Positions 46,760-57,216 are shown, counted from the first letter of the stretch. The stretch: 64,000 nucleotides of DNA from Allosphingosinicella sp. (GCA_035644835.1 DASQNR010000014.1:5222-69221), one strand, 5' to 3'. Notes: generated by a model not told the origin, from the letters alone. Numbers and translations: made by a program.

Positions 46760-47418
46760 GCGTGTCGCCACTGGCGGAACTGCTTCGAACCAAGCGACTG
46801 CTGATCTTCGACTTCGATGGTACGATTGTTGACAGCTCGCCCCTTCATGCCCGCGCATTCAACGAAGCCTTTGCGGGCGACGGAGTGACGGTGGACTACC
46901 CAAGCATCGCCGGCCTTACCACCGATACCGCCATCGACCAGGTGGCGCTCGGCGCCGGCCTCTCGCTCGACCCGGAGAAGCGGGCGTTGCTTATCGCCGA
47001 CAAGCGCGCCCGCGCGCTGCGGCTGATCGAGGCGGAGCTGGAGCCGATCGCCGGCAGCCTAGACTTCCTCAAGCGCGCGGGCACGCTGTTCCCGATGGCG
47101 CTCTGCACCTCCGGCTCGCGGCCCACCATCGAACGCGCGCTGGAGCGCGTCGGCCTGGTCGGTGCCTTTGACCCGGTGATCACCGCGGGCGATGTCCGCC
47201 AGGGCAAGCCGCACCCGGAAGGCTTCCTCAAGGCCGCCGCCCATCACGGCGTCGCCCCGGCCCAGGCGCTGGTATTCGAGGATGCGCCCAGCGGGCTCGC
47301 CGCGGCCAGCGCTGCCGGAATCGAGGCGGTGCATGTGGTGGAGCCGGGCGCCGCCAGGGAGGCGGGACAGGCGGACTGGCCGATGCTGAATGCGGCTTTG
47401 GCGGAACTGGCGCGATGA
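46756..47418 (+). CDS. HAD hydrolase (beta-PGM/Cby-like)
   Basis: FDFDGT, TSG, GKPHPEGF, FEDAPSG. Confidence 0.9.
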   Translation: MSVSPLAELLRTKRLLIFDFDGTIVDSSPLHARAFNEAFAGDGVTVDYPSIAGLTTDTAIDQVALGAGLSLDPEKRALLIADKRARALRLIEAELEPIAGSLDFLKRAGTLFPMALCTSGSRPTIERALERVGLVGAFDPVITAGDVRQGKPHPEGFLKAAAHHGVAPAQALVFEDAPSGLAAASAAGIEAVHVVEPGAAREAGQADWPMLNAALAELAR

Positions 47419-48317
47419 AGGTCCTTGCCGCCATCGTCACGTACAACCGTATGGTGCTGCTGGAGCGCTGCGTCGATCACGTCCGGGCGCAGAGCCGGGC
47501 TCCGGAGGGCCTCCTGGTCGTCAACAACAGCAGCCCCGACGCGACCGTCGAGATGCTGGAGCGCAAGGGCGTAGACTATGTCACCCAACCCAATGTGGGG
47601 TCGGCGGGCGGCTGGCGCCGCTGCATCGAGGAGGCGCTTGCCCGGGGTTACGATGCGGTCTGGCTGATGGACGACGACGGTTATCCCGCCCCCGAGGCGC
47701 TGGCTCACCTTGTGCAGAAGCTGGTGCCGGGTGTCTCCTGCGTGTCGTCGGTGGTGCTGTGCCAGGACGAACCGAACCGCTTCGTTTTCCCTTTTCCCGC
47801 GCTCGACAGGCAGAAAATGCCCGTGCTTTTCGCGCGCAAGCGCAAGATCCGGCATCTGGACGCTCTCAGGAAGGTCGCTACGGGCGACACCTATCCGTTC
47901 GCCCACCTGTTCAACGGCGCTCTCGTCTCCACCAAGGTTGCCGCTCGCATCGGCAATGTCGAACCCAATTTCTTCCTGATGGGCGACGAGGTCGATTATT
48001 TCATGCGGATGCGCGCGGAGGGCGCCGTCCTGTCGGATCTGCGTGCCCACCACCTCCACCCGGATGTGGGCTCACGCCCGCTCGACGAAGCGAAATTCTA
48101 TTATTTCATCAAGAACACCATCATCCTCAACCGCCGCTACTTCAACCGCCCGACCTTGCGCCACGTGCTTACGGTCGGCGTCGCGCTGGCACGCACCGCC
48201 CGTCGCAACTCGGTTCGGGAGGCGCTAAGCTATGTCGCCGGCCCGCGGGCGCCGCTGCTTTGGAAGGCTGTCAGCCGGGGGCTGCGCGGGCAGCTCGGCA
48301 AGGACCTCCATGGCTGA
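47415..48317 (+). CDS. Glycosyltransferase family 2
   Basis: IVTYNR, VNNSSPD, NVGSAGG, LMDDDG, GDEVDY. Confidence 0.9.
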   Translation: MKVLAAIVTYNRMVLLERCVDHVRAQSRAPEGLLVVNNSSPDATVEMLERKGVDYVTQPNVGSAGGWRRCIEEALARGYDAVWLMDDDGYPAPEALAHLVQKLVPGVSCVSSVVLCQDEPNRFVFPFPALDRQKMPVLFARKRKIRHLDALRKVATGDTYPFAHLFNGALVSTKVAARIGNVEPNFFLMGDEVDYFMRMRAEGAVLSDLRAHHLHPDVGSRPLDEAKFYYFIKNTIILNRRYFNRPTLRHVLTVGVALARTARRNSVREALSYVAGPRAPLLWKAVSRGLRGQLGKDLHG

Positions 48318-49068
48318 CATCAAGGTCCTGATTGCCGCAGCGGGGGCCGGTACCCGAGCGGGCCTTCCTTACCCGAAGACGCTTCATCCAGTGCTTGGTG
48401 AGCCGATCCTCGTCCGGCTGATGGACACGCTGCGCCCCGTCGACCCGCGACCGACGCTGATCGTCAGCCCCGCGGGCGGGGAACCGATCGCGTCCGCGCT
48501 CGACGCGCGGGGCCTCCTTGCGGACCTGGTGGAACAGGCCGAGCCGAGCGGCATGGGCGATGCGATCCTGTGCTTTCGCGATGCTCCCGCAGCCGTGAAC
48601 ACCGAGCATCTGCTGGTGGTCTGGGGAGATATTCCGCTTCTGCAGCCACAAACGGTGGAGGCGGTCTGCCAAGCCCATATCGACCACGGCAACGACTTCA
48701 CCTTTGCCACGCGCCATGTCGAAAGGGCTTATACCATCGTCGAGCGTGCACCGGATGGCCGGGTTACATCGCTGACCGAGACTCGCGAAGCCGGGCTGGA
48801 GCCGGGTCCGGGAGAGCGCGACATCGGGCTGTTCGTGCTGCGCGTCGAACCGGTGCTGTCGATCCTCGGCGAACGACTCCCCGGTGCCTTCGGCAAGTCC
48901 ACCGGCGAGCACGGCTTTTTGTATGTCGTGGGCCACCTGGCCGAGCGCGGATTGCGCGTGGAGGCCCTGCCGGTTGCAACCGAGCTGGACCTCGTCTCCT
49001 TGAACCGGCTTTCGGACCTCGCCGACCTTCCACCCCTTGGCAAATCCGGAAACCCGCCGCCTGTTTGA
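48310..49068 (+). CDS. Stand-alone nucleotidyltransferase (GlmU N-terminal/MobA-like fold)
   Basis: IAAAGAGTR..LPYPKTL, QAEPSGMGDA, WGDIPL; no acetyltransferase domain. Confidence 0.85.
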   Translation: MADIKVLIAAAGAGTRAGLPYPKTLHPVLGEPILVRLMDTLRPVDPRPTLIVSPAGGEPIASALDARGLLADLVEQAEPSGMGDAILCFRDAPAAVNTEHLLVVWGDIPLLQPQTVEAVCQAHIDHGNDFTFATRHVERAYTIVERAPDGRVTSLTETREAGLEPGPGERDIGLFVLRVEPVLSILGERLPGAFGKSTGEHGFLYVVGHLAERGLRVEALPVATELDLVSLNRLSDLADLPPLGKSGNPPPV

Positions 49069-49122
49069 CCGCCCGCCGCAGCCGGGCTAAGCGCGCCAAG
49101 CACTGGAGCAGGCCGTGCTCGG

Positions 49123-50292
49123 GTGGCCACTTTCCTGCGCCCGGCGGCGCCGCCATCGGCTGACGAGGGATCATTGAACAGGCAATCGACGCCCGGCGCG
49201 AAGAGGCTGGCGCTGCTGCTTCCCGACATGCGGGGCGGCGGTGCCGAACGAGTCGCGCTGCGGCTGATCGAATTCTTTCTCGAAGCAGGCCACCAAGTCG
49301 ATCTCGTGCTGCTGGAGCGCAAGGGGGAGCTACTGCCGCTTGTTCCCGATGCAGTGCATATCGTCAGCCTGGACGCGCCTCGCATCCGGTCGGCGATACG
49401 GCCCCTGGTGCGCTACTTCAAAAGCCGCGAACCGCACGCCATTCAGATATCGATGTGGCCGCTCACGATCGCCGGCATCGTAGCGCAGCGGCTTGCCGGT
49501 GCGCGGGCGCGAGTCGTGGTCAGCGACCATATCGCCTTGTCCAAGCAATATGGCTCGCGCGCCGTCGGCTGGACGACGCGGATTGCGTATCCGCTGGCCG
49601 ACGCGCGGATACTTGTGTCGGCCAATGCCGCCGACGATCTCGCCCGAATCTCCGGACTGCCGCGGTCGTCGATCGAAGTGATCTACAATCCGGTCGAAAA
49701 GCCGGCGGCGGGCAGCGCTCCGATCGAGGATCTGGAGGCGCTTTGGGGAGGCGGGCCGCGCATCATCACCGTCGGCAGCTTCAAGGACCAGAAGAACCAT
49801 GCGATGCTGATCCGCAGCTTCGCGCGCCTGCTCCGGCGGAGGCCCGCCAAGCTGATGATCCTGGGCGATGGGCCGCTCCGCCCGGCGCTTGAAGCGCTGG
49901 CCCGGGCGGAAGGCGTTGCCGAACATGTGTCGATGCCCGGCTTCCGTACGGACCCTTGGCCTTATTACGCCTCCGCCGATCTGTTCGCGCTGTCATCCGA
50001 TTATGAAGGCTATCCCCTGGTGCTGATCGAGGCGCTCCGCAGCGGGCTTCCGGTGGTGAGCACCGATTGCGAGACCGGGCCGGGCGAGATCCTTGCCGAC
50101 GGCCGCTATGGCCGTCTCGTGCCCGTTGGCGACGATGCTGCATTCGCACAGGCGCTGGAGCAGGTTCTGAACCTGCCCAACGACCGCGAGCGGCTGATGC
50201 AGCGCGCGGAAGAGCTGTCCGGACCCGGCACCTCGCAGCGTTACCTGGAACTGATGCTGGGCGATCCCGCGCCGGACGAAGCCCGAGTCTAG
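49123..50292 (+). CDS. Glycosyltransferase family 4 (WabH-like)
   Basis: GGGAERV, KNHAMLI, SSDYEGYPLVLIEA, STDC..GPGE. Confidence 0.92.
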   Translation: MATFLRPAAPPSADEGSLNRQSTPGAKRLALLLPDMRGGGAERVALRLIEFFLEAGHQVDLVLLERKGELLPLVPDAVHIVSLDAPRIRSAIRPLVRYFKSREPHAIQISMWPLTIAGIVAQRLAGARARVVVSDHIALSKQYGSRAVGWTTRIAYPLADARILVSANAADDLARISGLPRSSIEVIYNPVEKPAAGSAPIEDLEALWGGGPRIITVGSFKDQKNHAMLIRSFARLLRRRPAKLMILGDGPLRPALEALARAEGVAEHVSMPGFRTDPWPYYASADLFALSSDYEGYPLVLIEALRSGLPVVSTDCETGPGEILADGRYGRLVPVGDDAAFAQALEQVLNLPNDRERLMQRAEELSGPGTSQRYLELMLGDPAPDEARV

Positions 50293-50360
50293 CGCGAATG
50301 GCATCGCGGCGCTAAGGCGCACCAAATCATTTTCATCAACAACAAACTGGTGACGCGTCC

Positions 50361-52349
50361 GTGTGTGGCATAGCCGGGTTCATTTCCGGAAAGACGGAGC
50401 CGGCCTCCATCCGGGCGATGACGGACGCCATCCCCCATCGCGGTCCGGACGATGAGGGAACCTGGCTCGATACGGAGGCGGGCGTGGCGCTGGGCCACCG
50501 GCGCCTGTCGATCGTCGACCTGTCGCCGCTCGGCCACCAGCCCATGGTTTCCAATGACGGCCGCTGGGTGACGGTCTACAATGGCGAAATCTACAACCAT
50601 GCCGCCTTGCGCGCCGAGCTTGACGGGGACAGTCGCGGGCCGCGCAGCAACGGCATTGCGTGGCGCGGCCACAGCGACACGGAAACGCTGATCGAATGCA
50701 TCGCCGCATGGGGACTTGAAGCGACGATCCGCAAATGCGTCGGCATGTTCGCCTTCGCGCTGTGGGATCGGCGCGAAAGGTTGCTTCACCTGGTTCGCGA
50801 CCGATTCGGCGAGAAACCGCTTTATTATGGCTGGACCGGCGAAAGCTTCGCCTTTGGCTCAGAGCTCAAGTCGATCCGTGCGCTCGCGGGCTTCAACAAT
50901 CCAATCGACCGCCGCGCGCTGGGGCTGCTGTCGGCCCGCGCTTACATACCGGCGCCATTGTCGATCTACCGGCGCATCTACAAGCTCCAGCCGGGATGCA
51001 TCCTCACGGTTCGCGCCGATGCGTGGAAGACGCCGCTCGACGAGCCTCCCGAACCCGGCCGGGCTTCCGGCGGAATCAGGGTCGACTCATACTGGTCCTA
51101 TCGCGAGGTGGTGGCGCAGGGCCTGGCCGATCCGATCGAAGACGAGGAGGAGGCGCTGCGCCTGCTGGAGGAGGCGCTCGCCGGTGCGATCCAGGGGCAG
51201 GCGGTGGCCGATGTGCCGGTGGGAGCATTCCTGTCCGGCGGCATCGATTCCTCCACCATCGTCGCCCTCTACAACAAATATTCGCCGTCCAAGGTACGCA
51301 CCTTCTCGATGGGCTTCGAGGAAGAGGGCTTCAACGAAGCCGAATATGCCAAGGATGTGGCCGCGCATTTCGGCACGGAGCACAATGAGCGTTATGTGCG
51401 GGTGAAGGAGGCGCAGGAGGTGATCCCGCTCCTGCCGTCCATGTATGACGAGCCGTTCGCCGATTCCTCCCAGATCCCCACCCATCTCGTCAGCCGTTTT
51501 GCCCGCGAGCAGGTTACGGTGGCGCTGTCGGGTGACGGCGGCGACGAACTGTTCGGCGGCTATAACCGTTATTTCGGCACCGCGCGGCTGTGGGGCCATT
51601 TCAAGCGCCTGCCCGGGCCGGTGCGGCGGACGGTTGGCCGCGGCATGGGCGCGGTTCCCGCCGACGGTTGGAACCGCCTCGCCCGCGCCCTTCCCGGGGG
51701 GAAGCAGCCGCCGCATTTCGGCACAAAGGTGCGCAAGGCCTTCCGCACCATGGCCGCCGCGAACACGCTGGACGATGTGTTCACCACCTTTCTCGACGAA
51801 TGGGCCGGCGAGCGCTCTCCCGCCTTGAACGGCGGCGGCGATCCACGCGCGTGCGCGTTCGACACCGATGCCGGAGCCGCGGCGCCCGACGCGGTGCGGA
51901 TGATGTATTGCGACGCCGTTTCGTACCTGCCGGACGACATCCTGTGCAAAGTCGATCGGGCCGCGATGGCGGTCAGCCTCGAGACTCGGGTGCCGTTTCT
52001 CGACCACCGCGTGGCGGCCGTCGCGGCGCGCATCCCCGTGGAAATGAAGATACGCGGCGGGTCCGGCAAGCACATCCTGCGCCGCCTGCTCTACCGCGAA
52101 GCGCCGCGCGCCCTGTTTGAACGGCCCAAGGCCGGGTTCGGCGTGCCGGTCGGCGAGTGGATCCGCGGCCCGCTGCGGCCATGGGCCGAGGACCTGCTCG
52201 ATCCGGCCAGGATGCGGGCCGAGGGCAATTTCGATCCCGACATCGTTCAAAGCCGCTGGCGCCGCCATCTGGCCGGCGAGAGCGGCTCCACCCCCGCAAT
52301 CTGGACCATCTTGATGTTCCAGGCCTGGCTGCGGGAAACGGCTGCCTGA
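50361..52349 (+). CDS. asnB: Glutamine-dependent amidotransferase, asparagine synthase family
   Basis: N-terminal MCGIAG, HRGPD, NGEIYN, RDRFGEKPL, LSGGIDSS, SGDGGDELFGGY. Confidence 0.93.
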   Translation: MCGIAGFISGKTEPASIRAMTDAIPHRGPDDEGTWLDTEAGVALGHRRLSIVDLSPLGHQPMVSNDGRWVTVYNGEIYNHAALRAELDGDSRGPRSNGIAWRGHSDTETLIECIAAWGLEATIRKCVGMFAFALWDRRERLLHLVRDRFGEKPLYYGWTGESFAFGSELKSIRALAGFNNPIDRRALGLLSARAYIPAPLSIYRRIYKLQPGCILTVRADAWKTPLDEPPEPGRASGGIRVDSYWSYREVVAQGLADPIEDEEEALRLLEEALAGAIQGQAVADVPVGAFLSGGIDSSTIVALYNKYSPSKVRTFSMGFEEEGFNEAEYAKDVAAHFGTEHNERYVRVKEAQEVIPLLPSMYDEPFADSSQIPTHLVSRFAREQVTVALSGDGGDELFGGYNRYFGTARLWGHFKRLPGPVRRTVGRGMGAVPADGWNRLARALPGGKQPPHFGTKVRKAFRTMAAANTLDDVFTTFLDEWAGERSPALNGGGDPRACAFDTDAGAAAPDAVRMMYCDAVSYLPDDILCKVDRAAMAVSLETRVPFLDHRVAAVAARIPVEMKIRGGSGKHILRRLLYREAPRALFERPKAGFGVPVGEWIRGPLRPWAEDLLDPARMRAEGNFDPDIVQSRWRRHLAGESGSTPAIWTILMFQAWLRETAA

Positions 52350-52415
52350 CATGGCGGGGAGCAAAGCCAGCCGCGCAAGCGCCGCCGCCACATCCATCAT
52401 GAAGGAAACGCGCCT

Positions 52416-53333
52416 GTGAAAGGCATCATCCTGGCGGGCGGGAGCGGCACGCGCCTCTACCCAGTGACCCTGGCCATTTCGAAGCAGCTGCTGCCGGTCT
52501 ACGACAAGCCGATGATCTATTATCCGCTCGCCACGCTGATGCTGGCGGGGATACGCGAAATCCTGATCATCTCGACGCCGCATGATCTGCCGCACTTCCG
52601 GCGCCTGCTCGGCGACGGCAGCGCTTTCGGGGTCAGCTTCACTTATGCCGAGCAGCCGCGTCCGGAAGGGCTCGCCCAGGCCTTCATCATCGGCCGCGAG
52701 TTTGTCGGCACCGACAGCGTCGCCCTGATCCTTGGCGACAATATCTACTTCGGAGCGGGCCTGACCGGCCTGGTCCGCGCCGCCGCCCGGCAGCAACAGG
52801 GCGCAACGGTGCTGGCGTACCATGTGCCGGATCCTGAGCGGTACGGCGTGGTCAGCTTCGATCCGGAGACAGGCTCGGCGCGCGAGCTGGAGGAGAAGCC
52901 GCGCGAGCCGAAATCGAACTGGGCCGTCACGGGCCTTTATTTCTACGACAACGAGGTTCTCGATATTGCCGCGGCGGTGAAGCCGTCGGCACGCGGCGAG
53001 CTCGAGATCACCGACATCAATCGCGAGTATCTGCGGCGCGGCACGCTTCGGGTGTCGCGGCTGGGGCGGGGCTACGCCTGGCTCGACACCGGCACCCACG
53101 ACAGCCTTCACGACGCATCCTCGTTCGTGAAGACGATCGAGCAGCGGCAGGGCATGAAGGTGATGTCGCCTGAGGAAATCGCTTTCGACTTCGGCTACCT
53201 TACGGGCGAGGAGGTGCTTCGCGCGGCCGAGCGGATGGGCAAATCCGACTATGCCGACTTTCTACGCCGCCGGGTCGAGGAAGGTCGAAACCCACCTCCC
53301 GCCTATGTGCTGGCAGGACAGGCCGGGCTGTGA
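52416..53333 (+). CDS. rmlA: Glucose-1-phosphate thymidylyltransferase
   Basis: [45 protein letters not shown]. Confidence 0.96.
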   Translation: MKGIILAGGSGTRLYPVTLAISKQLLPVYDKPMIYYPLATLMLAGIREILIISTPHDLPHFRRLLGDGSAFGVSFTYAEQPRPEGLAQAFIIGREFVGTDSVALILGDNIYFGAGLTGLVRAAARQQQGATVLAYHVPDPERYGVVSFDPETGSARELEEKPREPKSNWAVTGLYFYDNEVLDIAAAVKPSARGELEITDINREYLRRGTLRVSRLGRGYAWLDTGTHDSLHDASSFVKTIEQRQGMKVMSPEEIAFDFGYLTGEEVLRAAERMGKSDYADFLRRRVEEGRNPPPAYVLAGQAGL

Positions 53334-54397
53334 GCAGGACCGTACTCGTCACCGGCGGCGCGGGCTTCATCGGCTCCGCCGTCTGCCGCCATCTGGTGGG
53401 CAAGGGCTACCGCGTCGTCAATCTCGACAAGCTCACTTATGCCGGGAATCTCGCATCGCTTGCCGAGGTGGAGGCGCAGCCGAACTATCGATTCGTGCAA
53501 GCCGACATCGCCGATACCGATGTGCTCGCGGACCTGCTGGTCGAGGAGCAGGTTGGTGCCGTCATGCACCTTGCAGCCGAGAGCCATGTCGATCGGTCGA
53601 TCGACGGGCCGTCGGATTTCATCGATACCAACATCGTTGGCACCTTCCGCCTGGTGCAGGCGGCGTTGCTGTATTGGCAGGGCCTGTCCGGAGACGCCAA
53701 AACGGCGTTCCGCTTCCACCATGTCTCAACCGACGAGGTGTTCGGCGACTTGCCCTTCGACAGCGGCGTGTTCACCGAAGACACACCGTACCGGCCGTCC
53801 TCGCCTTATTCCGCCTCCAAGGCGGCGTCCGACCACGTCGTGCGCGCCTGGGGCCACACTTATGGCCTGCCGGTCGTGGTCTCCAATTGCTCGAACAATT
53901 ACGGACCCTACCACTTCCCCGAAAAGCTGGTCCCGCTCGTGCTCCTCAACGCGCTGCACGAGCGGCCGTTGCCGGTCTACGGCAAGGGCGCCAATGTTCG
54001 CGACTGGCTGTTCGTCGACGATCATGCCCGCGCGCTGGAGCTGGTGGCGACACAGGGCGTTCCCGGCGAAACCTATTTGATCGGCGGCCGAGCCGAACGC
54101 ACCAACCTCCAGGTGGTGGAGGCGATCTGCGATTTGCTCGAGCAGAGGCGGCCCCGATCGAACGGCGCGCGCTACCGCGACCTCATCACCTTTGTTGAAG
54201 ACCGCCCCGGCCACGATCGAAGGTACGCGATCGACCCCGTCAAGATCGAACTGGAGCTTGGCTGGCGCGCGCAGGAGAGCTTTGAAACCGGCCTCGCGAC
54301 AACCATCGACTGGTACCTTGGTCGGGAGGATTGGTGGCGGCCTCTGCGTGAACAGCGTTATGCCGGGGAGCGGCTGGGCAGCGGAGGGCAGCGGTAG
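53330..54397 (+). CDS. rmlB: dTDP-glucose 4,6-dehydratase
   Basis: [38 protein letters not shown]. Confidence 0.96.
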   Translation: MSRTVLVTGGAGFIGSAVCRHLVGKGYRVVNLDKLTYAGNLASLAEVEAQPNYRFVQADIADTDVLADLLVEEQVGAVMHLAAESHVDRSIDGPSDFIDTNIVGTFRLVQAALLYWQGLSGDAKTAFRFHHVSTDEVFGDLPFDSGVFTEDTPYRPSSPYSASKAASDHVVRAWGHTYGLPVVVSNCSNNYGPYHFPEKLVPLVLLNALHERPLPVYGKGANVRDWLFVDDHARALELVATQGVPGETYLIGGRAERTNLQVVEAICDLLEQRRPRSNGARYRDLITFVEDRPGHDRRYAIDPVKIELELGWRAQESFETGLATTIDWYLGREDWWRPLREQRYAGERLGSGGQR

Positions 54398-54428
54398 CTG
54401 TTCGCCTCACGGGGCGAAGAAACCCGTC

Positions 54429-55397
54429 TCACCGCCAAAGCGGGTAGCATTCGTCGGCTGCTTCCGAAATGGACGCAAGCGCCGCCGCCTCCAACCGTCC
54501 GGCCACCGCGGCGGCAAGAAGGTCCTCGATCTGCCAGCGCTGGTGAATCCCCGGGATAACGGCGGAAACCTCGGGGTAAGACAAGCAGTAGCGTAAGGCG
54601 AATACCGCAAGCGTATCCGGGTGCGCCAACGGCTGGAGCTTTCCCGCCGACACGGCCGCCCATCGGATCCAGTCTTCCGGCAGGGTAGACCTGAAGTCCG
54701 TTTCCGGGAAAATTCGCGAGTCCGGCCTGCCCTGCCCCCGCGGGATCATGCCCCTGGAAAGGGGGCTGCGGGCGATGAAGTTCATCCGAGCTTCGCTCAG
54801 CCGCGGGAACAGCCGCGCAGCGGGACGCCGCTCGATCAGGTTGAACGCCCACTCGATGCAGGAGCCGAAATTCGCATCCAGCACCCGTTCCGCTCCTGCC
54901 AGCGATCGGCTGCTGACCCCATAGGCCAGGATCTTGCCCGAGCTTCGCAGCCCGTCGAGAACCGAGCGGTCGAACGCGCACCAGTCGGTTGCATCGGCCG
55001 GGCCGTGCAGAAGCAGAATGTCGATATGCGTGCGCCGCAGCCGCCCCAGCGCCTGCTCCACCAGTTCCGTCAGGCCCGGCCCGGCTCGACCCGCCGCCTC
55101 GTCCTCGGGTCTCAAGGCAATTTTGGTGCAGACCACGGCCTCTTGCCCGACCTGCGACGAGGCAAGCGCTTCGCCCAGCAAGGCTTCGCTCCGGCCGTCT
55201 CCGTAAGCAGCGGCCGTGTCGAAGAAGCGAACGCCCCGATCCAGCGCGACGTGCACCAGGCTCACAGCGTCGCGTGCGGCGATGTCTCCAAAACCGTGGG
55301 GCTTGCCGTCTATCTCATGCTGGCCGGCGAGCTGCCAGCAGCCGAACCCGGCCGCAGCAACCTCCCGGTCCAGTCCGTACCAATAACGGCGCTCCAC
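54429..55397 (-). CDS. Aldo/keto reductase
   Basis: GFGCW, FFDTAAAYG, CTK, LLLH, GVS, SPLSRG, VIPG; GTG start. Confidence 0.88.
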   Translation of the reverse strand: MERRYWYGLDREVAAAGFGCWQLAGQHEIDGKPHGFGDIAARDAVSLVHVALDRGVRFFDTAAAYGDGRSEALLGEALASSQVGQEAVVCTKIALRPEDEAAGRAGPGLTELVEQALGRLRRTHIDILLLHGPADATDWCAFDRSVLDGLRSSGKILAYGVSSRSLAGAERVLDANFGSCIEWAFNLIERRPAARLFPRLSEARMNFIARSPLSRGMIPRGQGRPDSRIFPETDFRSTLPEDWIRWAAVSAGKLQPLAHPDTLAVFALRYCLSYPEVSAVIPGIHQRWQIEDLLAAAVAGRLEAAALASISEAADECYPLWR

Positions 55398-55412
55398 TTT
55401 GAGCGGCCGAGA

Positions 55413-56249
55413 TCAGCCTTCGGAGCGCCGGAACAGCCGGAATTCCAGCGCCACGCGGGTCTGGTCCTCCTGATCGTTGAAGGCGATGCCGTGGATCAGG
55501 TGGCAGGAGAAGATCAGCAGCTCACCATCGTTCACTTCGGCCCGGTAAAGGTCGGAGCGGCCGTCCCAGGAGGCGATGCTGCGCACGCGGTACTTCTTGC
55601 CCGCCACGACGCCGCCATCCATCGTGCGCAGGATCTTGTCCTCCGACAGCAGATGGCTGCCCGGCGCCATCGGAAGCGAGGATTTGTCGGTGACGCCGCA
55701 GATCGGTATCCAGACATTGAGAAACCTCGCCCGCTCCGGATCTTCGTAGGAATCCTTGTGCGGTGGGTTGAAATCCGTCGAGCCGGGCCGATTGATCCGG
55801 ACGATGATATGCATCCGGGCGCCCGTTCCCGGCGCCAGATCAGTGAGCTCGAAGCCGGTCACACCCTCGATCTTGTCCATCAGGGCCCGCATCGAGAGGC
55901 TGAAATCTTCTGCAAACAGGTCGCGCGTGCGGCTCACCACGCCAAGGTGCACTGCATCATCGGCGGCATAATGGTGGTATTTCTCCATCTCGAAGCCGGC
56001 GGTGTCGACGCCGAGCGACTGGAGGATCTTCTCGATCACGCTGCTGATATCGCTCCTCAGCACGGCGAACTCCGCCTCGGACAGGAACGGCAGGACCTTG
56101 TAGCCATCCTCGTACCAGTCGGTTCCGAACGTGAGGTCGGTTTCCTGGTTGGACATGAATTCGTGTTTTCCGAAAACATATTCCGGCGAACCGGCTACAT
56201 CCACCGAGTACTTCTCGCCATTGATCGTATAATCAACCACTTGCGTCAT
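55413..56249 (-). CDS. Fe(II)/2-oxoglutarate dioxygenase (PhyH-like)
   Basis: PPHKD (HxD), NVWIP, PGSH, LIHG distal His, RVALEFR. Confidence 0.82.
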   Translation of the reverse strand: MTQVVDYTINGEKYSVDVAGSPEYVFGKHEFMSNQETDLTFGTDWYEDGYKVLPFLSEAEFAVLRSDISSVIEKILQSLGVDTAGFEMEKYHHYAADDAVHLGVVSRTRDLFAEDFSLSMRALMDKIEGVTGFELTDLAPGTGARMHIIVRINRPGSTDFNPPHKDSYEDPERARFLNVWIPICGVTDKSSLPMAPGSHLLSEDKILRTMDGGVVAGKKYRVRSIASWDGRSDLYRAEVNDGELLIFSCHLIHGIAFNDQEDQTRVALEFRLFRRSEG

Positions 56250-56277
56250 TCCGCACCCTCCTGCTCAGTCCGAAGGA

Positions 56278-56312
56278 AAGCGCCGCCGAACACCTGTTCC
56301 AGGGCGGCGCTT
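56278..56312. terminator. Intergenic hairpin between the acyltransferase and dioxygenase genes
   Basis: aagcgccgcc...ggcggcgctt arms with inner gaaca/tgttc; no clear U-tract. Confidence 0.35.
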
Positions 56313-56325
56313 CAAATGCAGCCCC

Positions 56326-56949
56326 CTAACAAATCGCCGCTCCGGCCGCCAGTGCCTGTGCCTCCAGGGCGAGCAGATCACGCTCGCGAGGGCGAACCTT
56401 TGTCGCAGGGCGTCCCGAGTAGATGAACCACTCGGCCAGTGACTGGTTCACCAGCGAAAGCGCGCCTACGGCGGCGCCTTCGCCGACACTTACGCCCGGC
56501 AGGATGAGCGAACCTGACCCGATGGGGACATGTCTGCCGATGTTGATGGGCGCCGCTTCGACCCGCACCACATGCGGCGGCAGCGTTGCGTTCGTCATCC
56601 ACCTGCCGCTAAAATCGTCAATGGCCGAGAACAGCCGCACCCCCTGCGACAGGCTGGAAAAGTCGCCGATCTCGATCCCCGCGCGCGCACCCAGCGCGCA
56701 TCCGGTTGCGATGTGGACCCAGCTTCCGATCTTCACCCGCCCGTTCGGTGCGATGATCGAGGTGAAGCCGTCGATCCGGACGTTGTCGCCCAGGACGATA
56801 TTCTCCAGGCCGATGATCGTGCAGTTACGCGCAACGGAGCAATTCTCCCCGACACGTGCGAAGCCGAACGAACGAAGCTCGAGACTCGAATAATATCCCG
56901 GGTTGAAGGGGTTTTCCACGACCCGGATGATGGCGGGGGACTTCGACAC
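56326..56949 (-). CDS. Hexapeptide-repeat (left-handed beta-helix) acyltransferase
   Basis: LGDNVRIDGF, IGSWVHI, IGDFSSL, LPGVSVGEGAAVGA, GRPA. GTG start approximate. Confidence 0.85.
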   Translation of the reverse strand: MSKSPAIIRVVENPFNPGYYSSLELRSFGFARVGENCSVARNCTIIGLENIVLGDNVRIDGFTSIIAPNGRVKIGSWVHIATGCALGARAGIEIGDFSSLSQGVRLFSAIDDFSGRWMTNATLPPHVVRVEAAPINIGRHVPIGSGSLILPGVSVGEGAAVGALSLVNQSLAEWFIYSGRPATKVRPRERDLLALEAQALAAGAAIC

Positions 56950-57216
56950 TGTCCAGCCGCCGCTGCCGCATCCCGTCCTCGACTTCGCCGGCGATACGCG
57001 ATGAAAAAGCCTTCCTGCTCCCAACGCCAGAGGATCGCTTCCAAATCCGGCCGCGCCTGTGGTAGGGGCCGCCGGGAAGGACGCTGCGGGCGGTCTGAAC
57101 ATCCTGCCTAGAAAAGGTTCACTTTTGCCCTTCCCGTTTGCGCGCTTTCCCGCCCGCCGTGGATCTCTTCGCAACTGGCGCGAAGCTCGGTCGCCTTCGG
57201 GGGCGGACCTCCGGTC

